The notes below the pieces were generated by a model, which did not search any database, had not been told where the DNA came from, and saw only the letters and a program-made list of their open reading frames with translations. A DNA stretch of 64,000 nucleotides. It comes from the human T2T-CHM13v2.0 reference genome, Homo sapiens. The stretch is taken from assembly GCF_009914755.1 (NCBI RefSeq), contig NC_060943.1; one strand, given 5' to 3'. Of this stretch, positions 13,644-31,764 are shown one piece after another (the stretch's first letter is position 1; every line of letters begins with the position of its first letter). Made by a program: the position numbers and the translations under genes.

Positions 13644-14594
13644 CATATCCATTTCCAGAAGTAATTTTTACTCACCCGCGTCTGTCATTTTAAAGGTCTG
13701 CAGTAAAAATACCAGGATTTACACAAAAGATTTGCTCCTGAGACATATCCTGCTTTTAACTTAGGCTCTGAATATCAGTTGCCAATGGTTTCTAACAATT
13801 TTAAATTTGTCTAGTGCCTTCTCCCCTCTCAACTGTCCACATGACGATATATTAATACACGTAAATGCTTAACTAATTATAAGCTCCTCAGATGTTTGAT
13901 ATTTCAGGCCCACAAATATTTTCTAAAGAAATGGATGGAGACCCCAGAGAGCTCCTCACTGAAGTCCCTAGTAGGGTGAATTCTTCAAGAAAACGAATAA
14001 TTCCTTTTAAAATCAGAAGCACATCTTTTAGTCTGTTTTCAGTGGGTCTGGAATTCCAAATATATTTTTTCTCAAGGCAGGCTACATCTGTCTGTATGTA
14101 TTCTGAGAAGGACAGGAGAGGTGGGAAAAAGGCCTTCGTGTTATTTTCTTTGGGTTTCCACTGGCCTGGGTGGAGCCCGCATACATTTTTGTGGGCTGGT
14201 AATTTTTTTGGAAACTGCTTCTAAGGCCTTTCCCCACAGATCACCTTTTGGACAGAAATGTATCCTTGGAAACATGGCACAGTTTCTAAAAGATAAACAG
14301 TTTGCATTTTTAAAAAAGTATAATTAAGTGCTGTTGCAGCTTTAGGAATGGACTTCTATATCATTGGTATAATTTCAACAGTTTTCCAGGAGACAGGCGT
14401 TCATGAGTCAAGCCTTCTGCCTTTCTGTGGGGACCCAATCCTTTTTCACATGGGACTTGGGCAAGTCTAATCTTTCTGGTTGCCATTGGATCTCACTCTT
14501 CATGGTGCTCAGTTCTTGAAGTTATTTCCTCCTTTGCCTTTTGAGCCTCTGTCCAGGTTCTCCCTCTACCTAAGAGTCCCTTTGAGATCTCTGC

Positions 14595-14830
14595 TTAGCA
14601 TGGTTCACAATAGCTGTAAGGTGGAAACCACCCAAGTGTTCATCCATGGATGAATGGGGAAACACAATGTGGCATATCCATGCAATGGAATATTCTTTAG
14701 CCTTAAAAAGGAAGGAAATTCTGATGCATGCTACAGCATGGATAAGCCTTGAAGACATTGTGCTAAGTGAAATAATCCAGTCACGGAAACACAAATACTC
14801 TATGATTCCACTTATATAGTGTATAGTCAT
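14595..14830 (+). mobile_element. L1M fragment
   Basis: ATGGAATATTCTTTAGCCTTAAAAAGGAAGGAAATTCTG hallmark. Confidence 0.8.
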
Positions 14831-17034
14831 CACATTCACGGGGACATGAAAACATGGGCCGCCCAGTCCTGAAAACATGGCCACACCCCTCTCCCCCATC
14901 TGCTGCCTGCAGAACACTATTCTCAAGATGCAGTTCAGATCCACATCCTCTTTTCAGACCTTTCCTCAGCTCCAGGGACAGCTGGCCTCCCCACTTTGTC
15001 TGCCCTCTGTGCCCTGTAGAAACATCTAGCAAAGCCTATTTGATACTGACTCCTCTTCCTTGTTGGTCTTTGGTCTTTGTAACTGGATAGGATAGCACTT
15101 TACTCAAAATAGGCAATGAATAAATGAATGAAGGATGAATGAATGAAGATTGTATGAATGAATGATGAACAAATGTCAGGAGTCTGAAAAGCAGGTCTTC
15201 CGGTAAATGACTGGACACCTTTGATCTGACAGGTACCGGCTGATGTGAACTCTACCAATGATCCAGTTTATACTTCGAATAGCATCCAAACTTTGCCCAT
15301 GGCCTCCAAGGCCCTGCAGGTTGCCCCTGCCTCTTCTGCCTCTCCTTGCTTTGCTCGCCAGGCATCAGCCACACAACTGCAGGACCTTTGTACCTGCTGC
15401 CCCCTTCCTGGAAGGCTCTTCCTTCTGAACCCCACAGCGCTGGTTCCCTCTCCTCATTTCAGTCTCAGCTCAACTGTCACCTCCTTAAAAACTGCTGGAC
15501 GCCAGGAGCCCAGTCCGCATCACACGGCCTTGCTTTTTTGTCTCTACTGTTCAATTTTTCAGCCAAGTTCAAATACAAGAAGCCTCTTATGGCCAGGCAC
15601 AGTGGCTCACATCTATAATCTCAGCTACTTGAGAGGCTGAGGCAGGAGGATTGCTTGAGCCCAGGAGTTTGAGGCTGCACTCCAGCCTGGACAAGAGAGC
15701 GAGACTTCATCTCGTTTTTTATTATGAATTACCCATCCCCCAGTCTCAGACATATACACAAACACATGCACACACGTCCAAAAAAACTGCAGAGATCTTA
15801 GTAGAAATAGGCTTACCATATATAGCACATCTGGGCTTCATTATGTAATAAATGACAAATAATCACTATATTGGACCATTACATGTAAGTTCTACATATT
15901 TTTAATGGCTTTTCAGCTTTTTCTCCACTTTGAAACATGGACTGTAGCAGGTGTAAATGGACTGACAGCATTTAAAATCTATCTGCTTTATGTATCATCT
16001 ACAGGCAGTGGCAAGTCAACTGTACTTTTTAGAAAGTCATGGAATTCACAAACATTAAAAATAAGAATAAGGAATTGCCAGGGCATACAACAGGGTTTTC
16101 AAACATGCAAGACCTATGTATCATAAAACAGGAATGCACTTTCAGGAAAAAACAACTGAGGTGCAGCAAGGCCAGGCCGTCTGCTCCTAAGGGCCCAACT
16201 CAAGTCCTGGCACGAAGACCAGGCCAGTCCCCGGCTCCAAGTGGCTCATTTCCAGACTCTGACTGTGTTGGCATCCAAGAGCCAGTGATAACAGAGAAGG
16301 GAAACCAGTCTTAAAATGTTCTCATCTGTAGAGCTGGCCACTCCCCAAAACTCATCATAAATGTGATGTTTGGGGAGTCATTTCAGAGGGACCCATGCCA
16401 CAACCAAGATGTAGGACTCCAACAACTTTTCGTGCTGTTTTTGTTCTTACGAAGCACTTATGTTTGCAGAGGGACATATTAGTACCCATGAGTTTCTAGG
16501 TTAATTTAAGGGAATTTCCTACCCTAAAACAGACAGCATGAGGCCGACCACTCAGTCAAGCAAGATGTATGTACTAAACGCCTCCTTAGCATTTGGTCCT
16601 GGTCAGGAAACCACAGTAAAAAACTGATCATCCCAGGCCACTTACTACTTATTTGCTTCATCCTAATAATAATAATAATAACAACAGTTACTTTTTTCTG
16701 AGCACCTATTAGATGCCAGCCCCTGTGCTAAATAGCTTATAGAAATTATTTCTAATATAGCAACCACACGAGCTATTATTATCGATTTCACAGATGTCAA
16801 ACCTTGCCCCAGAGCCACTAAGCTAATAAACGGTGGCACCACAATTTAACTCCTTCTCTGCTGTGCCCCAAAGCCCTGGTCTGCAACACCCAGCACTATG
16901 ACCTGCAACTTTTCCTTTCCTCTTTCCCCTGCCCCATTCATCCAGATTCATCCAATTTGGGCTCTACTGACTCAGAGATGGCAATATGAACTTAAGGTAC
17001 CTATGAGCAATTCTTAATTTAAAAAAAATTTTTT

Positions 17035-17372
<338 letters not shown>

Positions 17373-17514
17373 TCAAACTCCTGGGTTCAAGCGATCCTCC
17401 TGCCCTAGCCTCCCAGGTAGCTGAGATTGCAGGTGTGAGCCACCACACCCAATGCAGCTCTCAACTCTTCATTTCTACATATGCTTTCCCCATAAGTGTC
17501 AAGGAAACCATTTG

Positions 17515-18720
17515 TTTATTCATTTCACAAATATTTCTCAATTGCCTACTCAGCACCAAAATTCTTCTCAGCCCTGGGGATATAGAAGTTAATAAAACAG
17601 CTCATGCCTGTAATCCCAGCACTTTGGGAGGCCGAGGTGGGCAGATCATGAGGTCAGGAGATCGAGACCATCTTGGCCAGCATGGTGAAACCCTGTCTCT
17701 ACTAAAAATACAACAATTAGCTGAGCGTTGTGGCACGTGCCTGTAATCCCAGCTACTCAGGAGGCTGAGGCAGAAAAATTGCTTGAACCTGGGTGTCAGA
17801 GGTTGCAGTGAGCCGAGATTGCACCACTACACTCCAGCCTGGTGACAGAGTGAGACTCCGTCTCACAAAAAAAAAAAAAAAAGAAGTTAATAAAACAGAA
17901 GTTCCTGCCCTTACTGAGCTGACATTCTAACAAGAGGACAGTGATAATACAATAAATACGTATAACTTATGGTGTGTTATATAGGAATAAATGCTAAGGA
18001 GACAGAGAAAGCAGGGAAGGAGGCTGAGAGCACCCATTCTCAAGTGGGTGGCCTGGTGACATCTGAGAAAAGGCCTGAAGAAAGTCGGAGAGCCAGCCCT
18101 CCAAATACCTGGGCAAAGAGCTTTCCAGGCAGAGCTGGAATGAGCTTCCAGAGGCCAGCAGGGTGGAAGTGCAGTGAGGGAAGGCATCTAGCTTGGCGAT
18201 GAGGTCAAAGAGGTATTAGGCTTGGCGGGGAGTGGAGTTAGGGGTGACTTTGGCTTTTGCTGCAGATGAGATGGGAGCCATCGGAGGGTTTCGAGCTGAG
18301 GGGTATGAAGTAGAACTTAACATGACGCCGCCTCTCCCAGGGTTAACAGGCCCCGTCTGGCTGCTGGGCTGAGAGACTGCCGAGCACCAGTGGTGGAATC
18401 ATCCGGGCTAGATGCTGGTGGCTGGGACCAGAGGGGCTGGCAGTGGAGGTGGCGAGGCATGGTCAGGTTCTGGGGAACTACTGAAGGTGGAGTCAACAGG
18501 ATTTGCTGATGGCTTGGGAGAGAGGAGTCAAGGACAGTCCTGAGGTTTGGCCTGAGTAATGGGAAGAAGTGAGTTGATATGTACCAACGAGTTTGGGGGG
18601 TGCTTTGGGAGGAGTAGATCTGGGGGGACTATGACAGGCTCAGCTTGGCCACCTTAAGTTTAAGGTGCCTGTCAGAATCCACCTGGATGTACCCAGCAGG
18701 CAGCTGGATAGATGTTTTCT
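17515..18720 (-). mobile_element. L2 LINE fragment interrupted by an Alu (17600-17882; TSD AGAAGTTAATAAAACAG)
   Basis: L2 3'-end-like ATTCATTTCACAAATATTT, CCTGCCCTTACTGAGCTGACATTCTA and GAAGGTGGAGTCAACAGGATTTGCTGATGG motifs. Confidence 0.8.
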
Positions 18721-18977
18721 GCAGAGAAGAGCTTAGAATCCTAAGCCAGTCCAGAGCTTCCCAGGCTCCAGTTCCCTATAGGCCTGTTAGGGCCTCTCTC
18801 TGGACCTTTTGCCACTCCTCCTTCACCTACCCTTATCCCTTTCGCCCACTTCATTCTGGGTCTTCCCCTATATTTTTTTTCCTGGGAGAATCCTTTTGCT
18901 GATCTTAGAGTTTCCAAGAAGCAAGTAGGTGGTTTTCAGTTTTTTCTCTAATTCCCAGTGTATATTCCATCGGCCTG

Positions 18978-19016
18978 CCCATCCATCCATCCATCCATCC
19001 ATCCATCCATCCATCC
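18978..19016. repeat. (CCAT)n microsatellite
   Basis: Read directly from the sequence. Confidence 0.95.
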
Positions 19017-19499
19017 AACAAAATAAGACCTTTCACTACACCAGGCATATGTCTACATGAGAGAACATGAGAACATGACCAGCAGAGGAGCTAATTGCCA
19101 TTTAAATTCTAGAGACGGAGTCAAAACATCTTTTTAAAAAATACATAAGCCCACAACCCCTTACAACAATACTGAAATCCAGGAAACTCTGAAAACTGGC
19201 AATTTTTTTGTAAATTTGGCATGGACTCACTTGGTGACAAAAGCTGGCCTGAATTGACATGAAGTTACTTATGGTCCTTCTCTTCCCCACTTCGGGTGAA
19301 TATTCATATAGTTCAGTTCAGAAATACGGCTGTGTTTAGTGGGAATGCCCTGGACCCATAGTTTCAGAGACAGGCCCACAGACTCGCATTCTCCTCCCCT
19401 GCAGTTTAGTGAGTGTCCTGACAAGCAAGATGAGAACTTCCCTTGGTTTTTCAAAAGTTTCCTATTTTACAAGTAAGTGGGTACCTATGGGGGTATACT

Positions 19500-19690
19500 G
19501 TTTAAATGTTTGTAAATATTTAAATATATTTGTTTTATATTTAACATATATTTATATTTAAATTTTATTATATTTAAATATATAAGTATATATTATATAT
19601 ACATGTTTTAATATTTCAATATATATTTTAAAAATATTTAAATATTTAATAAATAGATGTCAACTTTAGAAACAAATATATATTATAAGA
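19500..19690. repeat. AT-rich low-complexity region
   Basis: Nearly pure A/T. Confidence 0.85.
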
Positions 19691-19761
19691 TGTGGTTCCT
19701 TCTGGCCCCAGCATTTTATGAGCAAAACAATCACTAGCTACTATAAAAATCCACAGGTGCC

Positions 19762-20405
<644 letters not shown>

Positions 20406-21479
20406 TTAAAATTTTGACTCGATTATAATATTAAAGTTAAGCCAATTTAATATTTTTATTAATTATAATGCTAATGTAAAACTAAACAATTAGATCTAAG
20501 GAATAAGACCCAGATAAACAATTCCCCAGCACCTGCATTTCTGGTGGACAGAACCATCCTTAGCAGTACTTCAATGATAAACAATGTTAAAAGATGAGTA
20601 TTTACATTTAAATATACATCACATACACATTATATTATATTGTTGTATTTAAATATACATCACACATACATTAAGGTAATGCGTGCCCTTCACGCAGAAA
20701 GCAAAGATCAAGTGATTTCAAAGAACTTGTCCTGTTATTGAGGTAATAACTGTCTCTCTCTTCTCAGATTCAGTGGTTTATAAGAAAGAACTTAAAAAAC
20801 TAAAATATTTCAGTATTGCTTTTCCTGCAGGAGCAAACTATTTCAGAACTCATTCCCAACCCAAGTCCGTTGAACTGTCACAGAATCACAGAACAGTGAT
20901 CTTTCCCATCATACATTATAAGTTGCCTTCCGTACCACGCCTGTTGATGAAGAAGCCCTAGTAATTCAAGAACTTAAATTCTTTTCCTAGGGAGGTTACC
21001 ATAAACTCTTACTTCTCTGGTCAGAGTAGGTGAGTTGTCGTTTCTAAGGTTATTTTAGAGTCAGTTCAAGTCTTTAAACTAGAGCAGGAGAAAGCACAGA
21101 TGCCCCCCTCCTCCTTATCCAGAAGGACGGGAGGTAAGGATCTTTCCATAAGCAAACAATGTTTCAGGGCACGATGTAAAAAGATAAAATACATGTCAAC
21201 AATATGTACAGGCAAAAATTTTTTTAAAAAGTCTTTGTTGTTTTGTGTCATTATTATTATTACTGTTACTTTGTTGGGGAACTCTTAGTTGAAACAGAGA
21301 ATGAAGCTTGTACAAGGTTTGATACAGAGATGAAGCTGACTGAGAGGGAAAAGAACTCATCGAAGCCTGCGCTGGTCATTTATGATACAAAGCAGGAAAA
21401 TAATTGCAGGGAGGCACAATGCTAACAACACCCCAAAGTAGGAATGAAGCCTGGGGGGGCGGGGGTAAGGCAGCCAGCC

Positions 21480-21960
21480 CTGGGTCCCGAGCTCCATCTT
21501 GCCCTCTCCCCTCCCCATTCTTGCCGCACAACCAGGAGGTTAAAATAGGAAGATGAACCGCGCCGGCAGCCGCCAGAATGGCCCGGGCGCTTGGGGCCCT
21601 CGGGGGCCCTTGAAATAGCCACTAGGATCGGGAAATCCAACTTTCCCAGCGGTGCAGCGAGGAAAACCAAAAGGAACGGAGCCGGAGGCTGGTGGCGAGG
21701 GAGCGCGGAGGCTTCTCGGAGGGAGGAAAAAGAAAGAAATGAGCATTTGGGGTGTGAGTGAGTGTGTGTGTGTGAGTGTGTGTGTGCGCCCGCGAGCGCG
21801 CTGGTGGGCGGTGGGGGCAGGGGGTGGAGTTTAAATCCACAAACACACACACGCACTCGCACTACCTCGGAGAAAATGCCTGGAGCAGTTTAGGTTCTTT
21901 AACAAAATAAATAAATTGAAAAAAAAAAAAAGTTTCACTCGCGTTGGTGAAACTTTTCTC
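21480..21960. promoter_or_regulatory. Secondary CpG-rich patch in proximal RFX2 intron 1
   Basis: Retained CpGs (CGCCCGCGAGCGCG etc.), a TG repeat and non-repeat sequence about 1.3 kb downstream of exon 1. Confidence 0.55.
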
Positions 21961-22089
21961 CCTTCCAGATCAGTCCTAAGAGGAGAGCTGCGGACGTGCG
22001 GAGGGGCATCTTGGGGGCACGTGGAAAGACTGGCGGACGCACGAACCCCTATACTCAGGAATATGGGGTCACAGGGAGAAGGGGAGGGG

Positions 22090-22960
22090 GTGTCCGAGGC
22101 GACCTGAACGCGAGGATTTGGGGCAAAAAGGTGAGAAACAGTTCCCGGGGAAGCTCGCTCGGGGAGTTTGGGATGAAAAGGTGAGAAGGGCAAGAGGGGT
22201 TCTCCCCAGGGCAGACGCACCAGCTTTTAGTTAAGGAATGAGAAAAAGGTTCCAGGGGTGCCCCCAAATTCAGTATGTCTGGGAGTCCATTAAAAAGGGG
22301 GTCCCCGGGACAAGTCAGATCTAGGAATTTGGGGTAAAAATGAGAAGGGAGTCTTCGAGGTCCCCCCGATGCAAGAAGTTTGCGACTAAGAGTGACAGAA
22401 GGGCTCTGGGGTCACCCCAATTTCGGAGGTTTGGGGAGTAAAGTAAGAAGAGGGCCCCAGGTGGCCCCAATTCAGGGAGTTTGAGGGTATGAGTAAAAGA
22501 GGGGTCCCCGGGTGTCCCCATCTCAGAGATCTGGGGAGTAAAAGTGAGGAGAGGGTCCCCAAGCGCCCCCAATTCAGAGAATTCGAGGGTTTGAGTAAAA
22601 GAAGGGTCCCTGGGTGCCCCCAACTCAGAGATCTGGGGAGTAAACGTGAGAAGAGGGTCCCCTGGCGCCCCCAATTCAGAAAATTCGAGGGTATGAGTAA
22701 AAGAGGGGTCCTTGGGTGCCCCCAACTCAGAGATCTAGGGGGTTAAGGTGAGAAGAGGGTCCCCAAGCGCCCCCAATTCAGGGAGTTTGAGGAGTTTGAG
22801 AGACGTTCCCGGGGCGCCCCCAACTCAGCGAGTTTGAAGGTAAGCGTGAGAAAGGGGTCCCCGGACGCCCCAACCTCAGGAAGTTTTGTAAAAAGTGAGG
22901 CGACGGCACCGCACCTCCCCCGCGTTCAGTCAATAAGGAAAGTGGGGACGTCGCCAGGGT
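22090..22960. repeat. GC-rich minisatellite, 51-bp unit with A/B alternation (102-bp higher-order repeat), degenerate at both ends
   Basis: GGGTCC(C) anchors recur about every 51 bp across 22450-22900. The minus-strand translation shows alternating 17-aa repeats. Confidence 0.9.
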
Positions 22961-23640
22961 CCCCCCAAACTCCGCCGCGCGCGCGGGACGGGGTGGCGGA
23001 GGCGGGTCCCGCGGGCGCACCACCCGGACGTTTGGGGTGAGCGGCGGGGACGTGCTGCCCGCCCCCCGGCCCCCCGAACGGGGTCCCCGCCGCCCCCCAC
23101 ACTCCCCGGCCGGGCTGGGCCCGGGGCGGTCGCATCGGTCACCTGGAGTTCGGGCCGGGAGTTCGGGCAGCGGCTCCCGCGGCGGCGGCAGCGGCTGCTG
23201 CGTGTTGGTCCCCGTTGGTAAGTAACAGTCTCCACGGCTACAGTCTCTATGGCGGCGGCGGTGGCGGCGGCGGCCGCTCCTCCTCCGGCTCCCGCCGCCA
23301 GCCAGCCTCGCGCAGCCCGCCCGCCCGACGGGGCGGGGCGTTGTTACCGGCAACGGTTACCAGGCTCCGCGCCCCACCTTCCTAACGGCCCGCCCACGCT
23401 CGCCTCCAACGGGCCCCCAAGAGGGCGGGGCGCGAGACCCTACGGCGTTCCATTGGCTGTCTGCAGAGTCTGTCGGAAGGAGGAGGCGTTCCCCCTTGAA
23501 AAAGAGTGCGAGACTCGGCCAATGGCCGCGAAGAGGGGCGGGTCTTGGCGGGAGGCGCGCGCGGCTCAGAGGGTTGGCGAACCGGTCGCGCGCGCGGCGC
23601 CGTGGGTTGGTGGCGCGTTTTGGGAAAGTCCAGTTTTAGG
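22780..23640. promoter_or_regulatory. CpG-island promoter of RFX2
   Basis: Very GC/CpG-rich. GC boxes (GGGCGG) near 23331 and 23422, CCAAT boxes 23452-23456 (reverse) and 23519-23523, X-box GTTACCGGCAAC 23343-23354, MYB sites YAACGG at 23351, 23383, 23407 and 23212 (reverse). Confidence 0.92.
23143..23280 (-). other. RFX2: RFX2 non-coding exon 1 (TSS end approximate)
   Basis: Inside the CpG island. The minus strand reads ...CCGAACTCCAG|GTGACC, a donor at 23143/23142. The sequence matches my recollection of the RFX2 5'UTR, and RFX2 is the known divergent neighbour of ACSBG2. No RFX2 coding exon is in the window. Confidence 0.8.
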
Positions 23641-23800
23641 GGACCCAAGGGACTCCGTTTACCCCACAGGAGGAGTGTGGGACATGTGGGAACAGTCTGA
23701 TCAGGGGTCAGCAAACTCTCGCTCGCCGCCTGTTTTTCACGGACCCCCAGCTGAAAATTTAAATATATATATATTTTTTACATGGTTAAAAGAAACTATC

Positions 23801-24227
<427 letters not shown>

Positions 24228-24753
24228 TCAAATTCTGCCTGCTTGGGTTTGTAAATAAAGCTTTATTGGAACATAGCCACGCCCATTTCCTTGAACAGCT
24301 TGGAAGGCTGCTTTGACACTACAGGGGCGGAGTGGAGTAGTTGCGCAAAGACGGCATGTCCCACGCGAAGCCTAAGATATTTACTATACGGTCCTTTACA
24401 GAAAATGTTTGCCAAACTCACCAGCCCTCCTCTCAAGCTGGTAGATTCAGCTACGAGTAGGACAGAAACAGACAGATCCTCATAGAACTTTTATTCTAGT
24501 GAGGGAACATTGACAGCAAACAGAATAAAGAGGTAAACATATAGTTATTCGAGACAAGGGGCTGGAAGAATAGGAGAAAACAACTTGTACTGAGAAAAGG
24601 CAGGAGATTAGGCTTCAGCCCCACTCATTCATTCAACAAGAAATCATATTAGTGAGCACTGATTAAATTGCTATGTGCCTGAAAGTGATCTAAGCATTTT
24701 TTAAATATGCAAACTCATTAAATCTTACAATCGCATCTTTAGAAAGATGCTAG

Positions 24754-26198
<1,445 letters not shown>

Positions 26199-26344
26199 CT
26201 ACTATTTGCTAGGTGCTAGGGACACAGGTGTAAATAAAATAGATAAAATTCCCATGGCCATAGGAAAAGTGATACAGTAGTGGCTTGGTGGGAGAAGTGG
26301 GTGGGTGGGGCTTACCTTAGATAGAGCAGCCAGAGATGATCTCC

Positions 26345-26456
26345 CTGGGATATCCAACAATCCTGCTTGGCCCAAGACTAAGGGGTTTCCCAGGATATGG
26401 GAATTTCAGTGCTAAAACCGGGAAATCCCCAAAGCGGGAAGAGTTGGTCACCCTGG
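26345..26456. mobile_element. MER94-like hAT-Blackjack element
   Basis: CAGTGCTAAAACCGGGAAA...GAGTTGGTCACCCT motif. Confidence 0.7.
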
Positions 26457-27139
26457 GTCTCTCTAAGGAGCTGACATTTGAGGCAACGTTGGAGTAACGA
26501 GGAACAAAGGAAAATAGTTTGGAATTCGAAATCCCTGGGGTGAAAGCTGATGTGGAAGAAACAGAAAGCAGGTCCTTGGGCACAGCTGGAGCCAATGAAA
26601 GGGGAAGAGCAGTGAGTGGGTGGGGTGAGTGAGTCAGGGGATGATATGATGGCCATCATTTTATTGGAGGCCGTAGGGAAGAAGTCACGATCAGACTGGG
26701 AAACCAATGGAGGGTGTCTTTTGTTGTTGTTGTTGTTGTTTGTTTTTGAGCTGGAGTCTTGCTGTATCGCCCAGGCCCACGCTGGAGTGCAGTGGTGCGA
26801 TCTCAAGTTGTAGCCTCGGGGAGTAAGGTGACCGCCTGTCCTGGAACTGCTGGTCAACCCGTTTAGCTAAGCTAGACCTCTTCCCGCTCCCAGCCCTGGC
26901 CAGAGGCGGAAACTGTGGCCCCAGTTATCTCAAAAGACAAGCACAGAGTAGCAAAAGACAAGCCAACAGGTGGCAAATTCTTAGAGTCCTGCTTTTGTGC
27001 GGCACATTTTTGTAAATTAAGGTGACATTTACATACCATAAAATGAGCCATTTTAAAAGGAAACAGTTCAGTGGCATTTAGTACATTCACTATGTTGTAC
27101 AACCACCACCTATATCTAATTCCAAAGCATTTTCTTTTT

Positions 27140-28618
<1,479 letters not shown>

Positions 28619-29113
28619 CTAGTGGACTAGATGTGGGGAGTGAAGGATAACGTTTTAGGGTGTGACAGGAGGTGCCTTGTAGCTGGTTTGTACACTCCGT
28701 TCTGCTAGAATGCTTGTCTTTGAAATGTCAGTTAGTCCCAAAGTGGTGGATATAATAGGAAACAATTTGAGCACAATGTGGATTTTGCCTTCCTTATGCA
28801 CAATTTTGTCTGCAAGAAACACTAGGTAAATAGAAAACTGCACCTGTCTGGACCAAATCGTGTAGGACTGCACAAAATATGCATAAGCACACATCTGAAA
28901 TATCTACCAGCCACCTCAGCTTCCTGTGAATTATGAGCCACATTTATCTATGCCTAGCATTACAACTTTCCATCTGATTACAGATGACTTTTCTACCTTT
29001 TCACAATAACTCACAAGCTGCAATCCTTCAATAGCAACTTCCTCAAGCAAACTTCAGCCCTTTTTCATGGCAATGTGGCATATTTACTATAGTATTTATA
29101 TATTTCTTAACTA

Positions 29114-31545
<2,432 letters not shown>

Positions 31546-31561
31546 TATATGTCTACCTACA

Positions 31562-31588
31562 GTGTGTGTGTGTGTGTGTGTGTGTGTA
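31562..31588. repeat. (TG)n microsatellite
   Basis: Read directly from the sequence. Confidence 0.95.
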
Positions 31589-31764
31589 TGTCTTATAGTA
31601 GATATCTATCTATATCTGTTACCCTTTAAAGTCAATATACAAACATTTATTGTTTACTATGTGCTTAATAGTTTCTCCATCATTTTGCCATAAGAACTCA
31701 TTTTATCTTCATGATAATTTTTGCATTATTAGTCCCATTTACATATAAGGGAACTGAATGTATT

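Noticed and set aside
21866-21879. Possible 14-nt minus-strand micro-exon (CCAG|GCATTTTCTCCGAG|GTAGTG)
   Set aside because: Weak donor and a poor pyrimidine tract adjacent to the AG; likely chance.
22450-22900. Regularly spaced repeats superficially like a CRISPR array
   Set aside because: Contiguous tandem units with no unique spacers, in a primate genome with no cas genes.
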